Shown here one piece after another: positions 1-6,368 of a DNA stretch of 10,122 nucleotides. A program made the translations under genes and the position numbers. Every line of letters begins with the position of its first letter. The stretch's first letter is position 1. The DNA comes from Candidatus Iainarchaeum sp. (GTDB lineage Archaea > Iainarchaeota > Iainarchaeia > Iainarchaeales > CSSED10-239). The DNA lies in NCBI GenBank assembly GCA_028700905.1, contig JAQVRT010000027.1:1-10122 (forward strand). The letters are read 5' to 3'. The notes under the pieces are model-generated. The model was not told the DNA's origin, searched no databases, and worked only from the letters and a program-made list of their open reading frames with translations.

Positions 1-407
1 AAAACACCATCAGCAGGAACTCTTTCTCCTGTTCTTAAAATTAAATAATCTCCAGGCACAATTTCACTTGAAGGTATTTCTATTTCTTTTGAGTCTCTAA
101 TAACTAAAGAAACAGAAGTTATCATTTTTTTAAGAGCAGAAACTGCTTTTTCAGCTCTGTATTCTTGGAAAAAACCTACCCCCACAACTAAAAGAATAAC
201 TGCAATGACTGTATAACCAGTTGCTGTTTTTCCAACTAAAAAAGATAAAAAAGAAGCTGCTAGTAAAAGATAAACTATAAAGTTTGATTTAACTTGTCTT
301 AAAAGAATATCATACCAATAAATTTTATTTACTTCTATGATTTCATTATAACCAAATTGCTTTAGATTTTCTTTAGCTTCCTTTGTAGTTAGTCCTGTAT
401 ATTTCAT
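1..407 (-). CDS. P-type cation-transporting ATPase, N-terminal fragment (gene continues past the window start)
   Basis: Absent from the ORF track because the window edge truncates it. The reverse-strand ATG is at 405-407. Hand translation: MKYTGLTTKEAKENLKQFGYNEIIEVNKIYWYDILLRQVKSNFIVYLLLAASFLSFLVGKTATGYTVIAVILLVVGVGFFQEYRAEKAVSALKKMITSVSLVIRDSKEIEIPSSEIVPGDYLILRTGERVPADGV. It shows the Cation_ATPase_N-type opening (GLT..EA...L..fG.NE), two TM helices, and the actuator-domain PGD....L..GE.VPAD string typical of type II P-type ATPases. Confidence 0.8.
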   Translation of the reverse strand, partial: MKYTGLTTKEAKENLKQFGYNEIIEVNKIYWYDILLRQVKSNFIVYLLLAASFLSFLVGKTATGYTVIAVILLVVGVGFFQEYRAEKAVSALKKMITSVSLVIRDSKEIEIPSSEIVPGDYLILRTGERVPADGV

Positions 408-494
408 AAATATCTTTATTTTAAACAAAAATCAGTTGTTATAATATATATTGTATATTATATTTATAAAGATATCTTTTAGAAATTATAAAAA

Positions 495-2213
495 TTAAAC
501 ATCTTCAAAATGAAGGTCTTCTCTGTTTTCAAAAGAAGAGATCTGTTTAAATTTTTCTTCTAAAAATTTCTTTTTATTAAAACCATGTTTTTCAATCATT
601 GAAGAAATATGTTCTCCGCCTAAAAGATCTGGCATAATAACATGAGTTGCACCTTCTTTATAAAGACTAAAAGTATGCTCTACATTATTAGAAGTTACAA
701 TAATTATTAAATCTTTATTAATCTCTTTTATTTTATTAATAAACATTATATTTGATTCATAGCTTGAAATTATAGAAATAACCATCTTAGTATTCTTTAA
801 ATTAAGATCATCTAAAAGTTCCATGTTTGTAACATCCCCATAGATACATGGAATTCTTCTTCTTGTAAGTTTTTGAATAGTTAAAGGATCATAATCAACT
901 ATTAAAAAATTAATATTATTTCTTTTAAAATGTTTTAAAAGATCATGGCCTACTCTATCATAACCAAAGACAATAACATCGTGAGGTTTATCTTGGTTGT
1001 AAGATGCATCATCAACTTTCTTTCCTTGTTTTTCAAAAATTTTTAAATATTTTGAGATATATGGAAAAATCTTATCAGCATATATAATCATGTAACTTGA
1101 ACCAGCCATTGTTATTAAACCAACAGCAGTAACTAAAGAAAGAATAGTAGTATCAACATGTCCTACAGTTACACCAAGAGCAACTAAAATTAAAGAAAAT
1201 TCACTAATCTGTGCAACAGTTAAACCTGCTAAAAAACCATTTCTTCTTGAATATCCTAATTTACCCATTAGAATAATAACAATTAAAGGATTTCCTATTA
1301 AAATAAATAAAGATAAAAGAATGATTGGTATAATGTATAAACCTACACTTGAAAAATTCATTTGATATCCTAAAAGTATAAAGAAAATTACAATAAAGAA
1401 ATCTCTTATAGGTCTCATTCTAGAACTAATCTCATGCCTGTAAGGAGACATTGAAAGAGTCATTCCTGCAAGAAAAGCTCCAACTTCAATTGAAAAATCA
1501 AAATAATAAAATATAGCCGATAAAATTAAAACCCAACTTATTGAAAAAAGAATTAAAAGTTCTTGAGATTTTGCTAAAAATTTTGTAAATCTTGGAAGAA
1601 CATATAAACCTATTAAAAAGAAAATTACAACTAGTAAAATACCTATTAAAACAGTTTTTATTATTTCAAAAGTAATATTTGTTCCTTGAGAACCTGCAAT
1701 TGAAGATACAACCATTAATATTAATACAGCTAAAATATCTTGAACTATTAAAAAACCAATAGAAATTTTACCATATAATCTATTTGTATCTCCTCTATCA
1801 GAAAGAAGTTTCATAATAATAATTGTACTACTAAAGGTAAGAGCTATTGCAATATAAATAGAAATAACTGTTGAAAAACCTAAAATTTTAGATATCAAAA
1901 AACCAATTACAGATGTAAACACTACTTGGCCTAAACCAGTTATTAAAGAAACTTTCCCAACTTCTTTTATAATTTTTGGATTTAAATGAAGCCCTACAAC
2001 AAATAATAAAAGAGCAATACCAATTTCTGAAAAAATTTTTATTGTTTCTATATCAGTAAGAATATTTAAAATACCAATAATTATTCCTGTAAAAATATAC
2101 CCTATAAGTAAAGGTTGTTTTAATTTTTGCATGATTAAACCAACTAATGTTGCAATTCCTATTATGAGGGCAATTTCAAAAAATACTTCAAACATATTTA
2201 ATCTTTTTAACAA
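495..2213 (-). CDS. Monovalent cation:proton antiporter (CPA2 / Kef-type) with C-terminal RCK (TrkA-N) domain
   Basis: The 572-aa ORF has about 12 hydrophobic helices and the typical CPA2 N-terminus (LKQPLLIGYIFTGIIIGILN). A C-terminal Rossmann-like RCK segment follows (HDVIVFGYDRVGHDLLKHFKRNNINFLIVDYDP...IYGDVTNMELLDDLNLKNTKMVISII). The true start may be the second Met (MFEVFFEIA, about 2195). Confidence 0.85.
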   Translation of the reverse strand: MLKRLNMFEVFFEIALIIGIATLVGLIMQKLKQPLLIGYIFTGIIIGILNILTDIETIKIFSEIGIALLLFVVGLHLNPKIIKEVGKVSLITGLGQVVFTSVIGFLISKILGFSTVISIYIAIALTFSSTIIIMKLLSDRGDTNRLYGKISIGFLIVQDILAVLILMVVSSIAGSQGTNITFEIIKTVLIGILLVVIFFLIGLYVLPRFTKFLAKSQELLILFSISWVLILSAIFYYFDFSIEVGAFLAGMTLSMSPYRHEISSRMRPIRDFFIVIFFILLGYQMNFSSVGLYIIPIILLSLFILIGNPLIVIILMGKLGYSRRNGFLAGLTVAQISEFSLILVALGVTVGHVDTTILSLVTAVGLITMAGSSYMIIYADKIFPYISKYLKIFEKQGKKVDDASYNQDKPHDVIVFGYDRVGHDLLKHFKRNNINFLIVDYDPLTIQKLTRRRIPCIYGDVTNMELLDDLNLKNTKMVISIISSYESNIMFINKIKEINKDLIIIVTSNNVEHTFSLYKEGATHVIMPDLLGGEHISSMIEKHGFNKKKFLEEKFKQISSFENREDLHFEDV

Positions 2214-2277
2214 AAATATTTTTAATTATAAGTTATACTAAAATATACTATAAAACATTTAAAAACAGAACTAATTA

Positions 2278-2925
2278 TTAGTTTTTAAAAATAAGAAATT
2301 TTCTTTTTTCAAGAAAAATATTTTTTTTAAAATAAAGATATAAACCAAAAAATAATATTGAAAGACCTAAAAAATAACCAGCCAAAACATCTGTAAACCA
2401 ATGGATATTAATTATTATTCTTGAAAATCCCATAAAAATAAATAATAGTAAAGAAATAATTGAGATAAATTTGTTATTTTTATAAAACAAGAAAAAAATA
2501 AAACCAAAAAGAACAACACCCATAGTTGCATGTCCACTTGGGAAACTTAAAGTTGTAAGAAATATATTATCAGGTCTTATTCTTCCAATAATGTGTTTTA
2601 AAGAATAAACTATTAAAAGATCTAAAAAAACTAAAAAATAGAGAAGATTAATTTCTTTATGTTTATTTAATAAACTTAAATAAATAGTTAATAAAATGAC
2701 AATTATTAAAACACCGTAAACAGAGCCAATTGCAGAGATTATTTTTGCAAAAGAATAAGTAAAAGTATTTGTTAAATCAACTGTGCTACTGCTTACAAAA
2801 TTATCTAATGAATTTGTAAGATTTATTTTAAATAAAACTAATACTATTGAAAATAAAGATAAAAAAAACAGGGATACTGAAAAAAATCTATTTTTATTAG
2901 AAAAATTATTATCAATCATAAACAA
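2278..2925 (-). CDS. PAP2-family (type 2 phosphatidic acid / undecaprenyl-diphosphate-type) membrane phosphatase
   Basis: All three PAP2 signature motifs are present in order: KHIIGRIRPD (Kx6RP), FPSGHAT (PSGH), and SRIIINIHWFTD (SRx5Hx3D). They are embedded in a polytopic membrane protein. Confidence 0.8.
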   Translation of the reverse strand: MFMIDNNFSNKNRFFSVSLFFLSLFSIVLVLFKINLTNSLDNFVSSSTVDLTNTFTYSFAKIISAIGSVYGVLIIVILLTIYLSLLNKHKEINLLYFLVFLDLLIVYSLKHIIGRIRPDNIFLTTLSFPSGHATMGVVLFGFIFFLFYKNNKFISIISLLLFIFMGFSRIIINIHWFTDVLAGYFLGLSILFFGLYLYFKKNIFLEKRKFLIFKN

Positions 2926-2981
2926 ATCAATTTATTATTAAATATTATAATATTTAGAGGAAATAATTTAAATACTTTTGG

Positions 2982-2993
2982 AAAAATAAAAAA
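2982..2993 (-). terminator. Oligo-T tract immediately 3' of the tRNA gene (archaeal-type termination signal)
   Basis: The minus strand reads C-UUUUUU-A-UUUUU directly after the discriminator base of the tRNA. Confidence 0.5.
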
Positions 2994-2994
2994 G

Positions 2995-3067
2995 TGCCTC
3001 GAGCCAGATTTGAACTGGCGGTCTCCAGATTATGAGTCTGGCGCTTTAACCACTAAGCCACCGAGGC
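2995..3067 (-). tRNA. tRNA with CAU anticodon: elongator tRNA-Met, or tRNA-Ile2 if C34 is modified. No encoded CCA.
   Basis: The reverse complement folds by hand into a cloverleaf: GCCUCGG UG GCUU AGUGGUUA AAGC G CCAGA CUCAUAA UCUGG AGACC GCCAG UUCAAAU CUGGC UCGAGGC A. It has a 7-bp acceptor stem (one G-U), a 4-bp D stem, a 5-bp anticodon stem and a 5-bp T stem with a UUCAAAU loop. The anticodon is CAU and the discriminator is A. G1-C72 and the lack of a GGG/CCC anticodon stem argue against an initiator. The sequence is GC-rich against an AT-rich background. Confidence 0.92.
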
Positions 3068-3156
3068 AAAATATTTTTTAAAAAATAATGATTTTTTTAA
3101 AAAAAAGACTTATTTTACTAATATATAATTATGAAACATATAGTTTATATATATTT

Positions 3157-3855
3157 TTATTTTTGTGCAGAAACCCTATAAACAAGCATTCTCTTAGAAT
3201 TAAAAGACTGCATATAAAAAGATCTGTAATTAACAGGAATATTTTTAGTTTCAACTAAAGATACATTTACTTTTTTAAAATTATTTGAAAAAGCAGAATT
3301 AATATTTTCTAAATATTTATCCTTTGATATAAGTTCAGCTTCTCTAAAAGTATAAACAATTACTTTTCCTCCAGGTTTTAATTTTTTAGAAATTAAATCA
3401 ACTACTTTTTGAGTATATTTCTTAGACCCTGGGTTTACAATTGAGAAGACATTAAAAAATTGAATGAAATTTAAAACTTTTAAATTATTAAAATTTTTAG
3501 CTCTTGAATAAAAACCTAAAGCAAAATCACTTACAACAAGATCTAAAGAATTATTTTTAAATCTTGAAAGACCATTTACAAAATCTTCTTTATATTGTTT
3601 TAAATTTTTAGGAACTGGTTTAAATTGTCTTTTTTCTTTTAAACCGAAATTTTTAAATCTCATTGATTCATGAACATAAGATTCACTTTTTATATCTTTT
3701 AAATCAATTCCAAAAAACATAAATCCAGGAAACTTTTCAGCTAAAACTTTAGATCTAAATGCAGCATCTTCACCTACATTTCCTAAATGTACAATTTTTC
3801 TTTTTGAAGAAGTATTACTTTTTACAAATAAATTAGAACTTTTTTTTAACACCAT
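3157..3855 (-). CDS. Hypothetical protein, probable Rossmann-fold (class I SAM-dependent) methyltransferase-like
   Basis: The 232-aa ORF has MTase-like strings in canonical order: IVHLGNVGEDAA (atypical motif I, no GxGxG), FFGIDLKD (motif II-like acidic end), LDLVVSDFAL (motif IV-like), and KLKPGGKVIVYTF (the classic post-motif LKPGG). This assignment rests on motif resemblance only. Confidence 0.4.
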   Translation of the reverse strand: MVLKKSSNLFVKSNTSSKRKIVHLGNVGEDAAFRSKVLAEKFPGFMFFGIDLKDIKSESYVHESMRFKNFGLKEKRQFKPVPKNLKQYKEDFVNGLSRFKNNSLDLVVSDFALGFYSRAKNFNNLKVLNFIQFFNVFSIVNPGSKKYTQKVVDLISKKLKPGGKVIVYTFREAELISKDKYLENINSAFSNNFKKVNVSLVETKNIPVNYRSFYMQSFNSKRMLVYRVSAQK

Positions 3856-3870
3856 ATAAAGCTACCAAAA

Positions 3871-4542
3871 TTAATTTTCTCTTCTTCTAACAGAAACAGA
3901 ATCTTTTTCAGGATCATAAATAATAACAGTATCTAAAAGACCTAAAAAAACACCAGTTTCTAAAACACCAGGAATGTTTCTTACAGAATATTCAAAATCA
4001 TCTAAAGTAATATTTTTATCTAATTTTATTTTTGCAAGAAAATGACCAATCTCTGTTTTTATAAATTCAGAGTTAGAATCATAAAGAACTTGAGCTATAC
4101 CAAAACTTTGCAAATGTATGATTGTTCTTTGCCATGCAAAAGTTGAAATTTCAACACATACTTCACAATTAATCTCAGGCACATATTTTTTTGTATTTGT
4201 AAGAACTACAAGTTTTAAAGCAGATTGAGAAATCATCTTATCTCTAATAAAAGAATTTGTTTTTATTTTTATAAAATTATTATAATAATCAACTTGATCT
4301 CCAAGCTCTAAAGCAACATCAATCTCTTTATCATTTAAAGAAACAATATTCTGTTTTAAAAAACTTAAATGTTTTGATTGCTTTGAATTAACAGCCACAA
4401 AATATACTACTTTGTTTTCTTGTTCTAAATATTTAACAAGCAAAGAAATAAATTCTAAGTCTTTTGAAAAAGGAGCTATAGCTATTGTATTTTTATTATT
4501 TATTTCTTTAATAAATTCTTGAACAATTAATGATAGATTCAT
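3871..4542 (-). CDS. rpiA: Divergent ribose-5-phosphate isomerase A (RpiA)-fold protein
   Basis: The protein is collinear with RpiA along its whole length. IDVALELGDQVD aligns with the DGADE block, IKIKTNSFIRDK with the IKGGGxxxxxEK block, VCVEISTFA with PVEVIPxA, and the highly RpiA-specific C-terminal NIPGVLETGVFLGLLDTVII with IPGVVExGLF...aD.vlvg. The N-terminal GxGTGST phosphate loop is not conserved (IAIAPFSK). Confidence 0.55.
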   Translation of the reverse strand: MNLSLIVQEFIKEINNKNTIAIAPFSKDLEFISLLVKYLEQENKVVYFVAVNSKQSKHLSFLKQNIVSLNDKEIDVALELGDQVDYYNNFIKIKTNSFIRDKMISQSALKLVVLTNTKKYVPEINCEVCVEISTFAWQRTIIHLQSFGIAQVLYDSNSEFIKTEIGHFLAKIKLDKNITLDDFEYSVRNIPGVLETGVFLGLLDTVIIYDPEKDSVSVRRREN

Positions 4543-4614
4543 AACTAATGATTTATTGTTTGAAAAGTATTAAAAAGTTATGTTTTAAAAACAGAAGCAT
4601 ATAAATATATATTA

Positions 4615-4676
4615 GGCAATGATGATATTGAACACCTGCTGACTTTAAATATGATGATAGATGGGCGGGCTGAGCC
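4615..4676 (+). ncRNA. Archaeal C/D box sRNA (2'-O-methylation guide) with two guides
   Basis: The order and spacing are perfect. Terminal stem half GGC (4615-4617); C box AUGAUGA (4619-4625); 13-nt guide UAUUGAACACCUG (4626-4638); D' box CUGA (4639-4642); 8-nt loop; C' box AUGAUGA (4651-4657); 12-nt guide UAGAUGGGCGGG (4658-4669); D box CUGA (4670-4673); terminal stem half GCC (4674-4676) pairing with GGC. It lies in an intergenic gap and is followed by TTTT (4677-4680). A TTTTAAAAA TATA-like element (4583-4591) sits about 26 nt upstream. Confidence 0.85.
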
Positions 4677-4678
4677 TT

Positions 4679-4921
4679 TTATAAATCTTTTTTAGGTTTT
4701 AAAACTACTTTTTCTTTTATAACAAGATCTTTCTTATTTTCCTCTAAAAGAGATACTCTTTTATTTAAAACTTCTATCTTTGAGTTTAAGATATCAAATT
4801 TAGCATCATTTGATGAAAAATTAAAAGATCTATTTTTTCTTACAATTACATAAGATAATAAGAGATTACCTATAAAAAAAATAATTATAAAAATTATTAA
4901 AATAACTGTTAAAGCATCCAT
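4679..4921 (-). CDS. Small membrane-anchored coiled-coil protein (hypothetical), last gene of the PIN-containing operon
   Basis: The 80-aa ORF has an N-terminal TM helix (LTVILIIFIIIFFIGNLLLSYVIV) followed by a heptad-like charged helix (KFDILNSKIEVLNKRVSLLEENKKDL). A GAGGU Shine-Dalgarno site (complement of 4931-4935) lies 9 nt upstream of the ATG, 23 nt after the upstream gene. Confidence 0.6.
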   Translation of the reverse strand: MDALTVILIIFIIIFFIGNLLLSYVIVRKNRSFNFSSNDAKFDILNSKIEVLNKRVSLLEENKKDLVIKEKVVLKPKKDL

Positions 4922-4930
4922 ATCAAACTA

Positions 4931-4935
4931 ACCTC
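4931..4935 (-). promoter_or_regulatory. Shine-Dalgarno site (GAGGU) for the 80-aa membrane protein gene
   Basis: The plus strand reads acctc, so the minus strand reads GAGGU, 9 nt upstream of the ATG at 4921-4919. This is complementary to the conserved 16S 3' tail CCUCC/UCACC. Confidence 0.55.
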
Positions 4936-4944
4936 TTTTTTATT

Positions 4945-5703
4945 CTAAACAAAAATATAATTTCCTTTTCTTTTTTCAATTATTAGACCTTCTTCTTTTA
5001 AAATCTCAATTACAACTTTTAAAACTTCTTTTGAATAATTAAGTTTTAAAGAAAGAAAATCAAGAGAAAAATTTTCTTTTAAATTAAGATTAAATAAATT
5101 ATTTTTAATTTCTATAAATAAATATTTATAAATAACATAATAATTACCATCAAAAGACTTAATACCAATAATTTCTTTAGATTTTATTAATTCTTCAAAA
5201 TCAAGAGAAAACTTTTTTGCAAGATTAACATCTTTTAAAATAATATATTTATTTGTTTGAAAATCTGAAAAGTCAGAATTTTTAGATTCACTAAAATCTT
5301 TTTTAGAATTTATGTCTTTATAGTTTGAAGATTGATAAACTCCTTTCTTGTATTTAGAAGACATTTTATAGATTTCAATTTCATTATTTTTAAGCATATC
5401 TTTAAAAATTAATAAATCTTCTTTATTCAATAGCTTTTCAAAAGAACCTTCAACTTTATCTTGAAAAGTTAAAGATTTATCATTTAGTAAATGTAATATT
5501 TTTTTTTTTCTTAAATCAACAGAATCATCTTCTTTAACAGAACCCTCTTCTTTTTTAGAAAGTGATTCTTTTAAAGATATTTTTAAAAAAGAGCCTTCTT
5601 TTTCTAAAATTAAAGGTTTACCTATAAATACCTCTAAATCACTAGATTCTTCTTTTGAATCAACATTTAAAAAATAAACTTGATTTTTTTTAACAATTTT
5701 CAT
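4945..5703 (-). CDS. Hypothetical protein with C-terminal winged-helix-like segment(s)
   Basis: The 252-aa ORF has a start codon that overlaps the upstream stop as ATGA (5700-5703). Its C-terminus, SKEVLKVVIEILKEEGLIIEKRKGNYIFV, resembles a recognition helix plus beta-wing of a wHTH. Two earlier segments (ILHLLNDKSLTFQDK...NNEIEIYKMSSKYKKGVY and LAKKFSLDFEELIKSKEIIGIKSFDGNYYVI) have a similar helix-then-hairpin pattern. No confident family assignment. Confidence 0.5.
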   Translation of the reverse strand: MKIVKKNQVYFLNVDSKEESSDLEVFIGKPLILEKEGSFLKISLKESLSKKEEGSVKEDDSVDLRKKKILHLLNDKSLTFQDKVEGSFEKLLNKEDLLIFKDMLKNNEIEIYKMSSKYKKGVYQSSNYKDINSKKDFSESKNSDFSDFQTNKYIILKDVNLAKKFSLDFEELIKSKEIIGIKSFDGNYYVIYKYLFIEIKNNLFNLNLKENFSLDFLSLKLNYSKEVLKVVIEILKEEGLIIEKRKGNYIFV

Positions 5704-6368
5704 AAATTTTCAATATATTCATTAATTTCTTCAAAAGAAACTGAACATCCTTTAAACTTTAAAGCATATAAAGCGCCCTTTAAATTATTTTTATCTTTAA
5801 AAACACTTGATAACAAGCCTTTTTTATAAGCATACACTAAAAAATCTACAGATCTAATAACATTCACATTACCTATAATCTCCATAAACTTAATATATTT
5901 TTGTTCATCAATTGAAACTTTACTAGTTTTATATTTTCTTTTAAAAATTTCTAAAAGACCATGAGGTTGTTCAATAATCATTCTTGTTGTTCTTTCATCA
6001 ACTGCTAAAAAAGAAGCATCTGTAAGACCTAAAAGAGCTAAAGATTCAGCTTCTCCAATTTGAATAATTTTTATTGGATTTCCTCTAACATAAAACATAT
6101 TATTTGTAAGATACATTATTTTATTTGTAGTTTCATCTAAAGCCTTATCACTTTGATAAACATCAAAAATATGTGTTGAAATTTCTTCTTCAATTCTTGT
6201 AGAACTAAGTTTAAATCTCATAACATTTCTAACTTTATCAATACATTCAAACTTAACATTTTTAGTAATTATAAACTCTCCTAAACTCTCTTTTAAATCT
6301 TTAAATAAAGGAATAAAACAAGTTTCAGAAAAACTAATAATTACACCAGAATCAAATACTATTTTCAT
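5700..6368 (-). CDS. PIN-like nuclease domain protein (DUF3368 / COG2405-like) with an internal insertion
   Basis: The 222-aa ORF shows an N-terminal MKIVFDSGVII (acidic D6), IGEAESLAL (E106/E108), LAVDERTTR (D124), then VIRSVDFLVYAYKKGLLSS and LKGALYALKFKGCSVSFEEINEYI. These are collinear with the DUF3368 consensus as I recall it (GEAEaiaLA...lLiDDrkgR...viGtlGvLllAkkkGli...L...gfris.el). Its ATG overlaps the upstream stop as ATGA (6365-6368), and a strong AGGUGAU SD precedes it. Confidence 0.6.
   Translation of the reverse strand: MKIVFDSGVIISFSETCFIPLFKDLKESLGEFIITKNVKFECIDKVRNVMRFKLSSTRIEEEISTHIFDVYQSDKALDETTNKIMYLTNNMFYVRGNPIKIIQIGEAESLALLGLTDASFLAVDERTTRMIIEQPHGLLEIFKRKYKTSKVSIDEQKYIKFMEIIGNVNVIRSVDFLVYAYKKGLLSSVFKDKNNLKGALYALKFKGCSVSFEEINEYIENL

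Noticed and set aside
3068-3156. T7A8-type palindromic A/T runs (e.g. 3091-3108) and similar homopolymer tracts as repeats, a CRISPR array or a tRNA-linked integration scar
   Set aside because: These are low-complexity A/T runs typical of archaeal promoter and terminator spacers in AT-rich genomes. There are no spaced direct repeats, no duplicated tRNA 3' segment anywhere in the window, and no integrase or transposase nearby.
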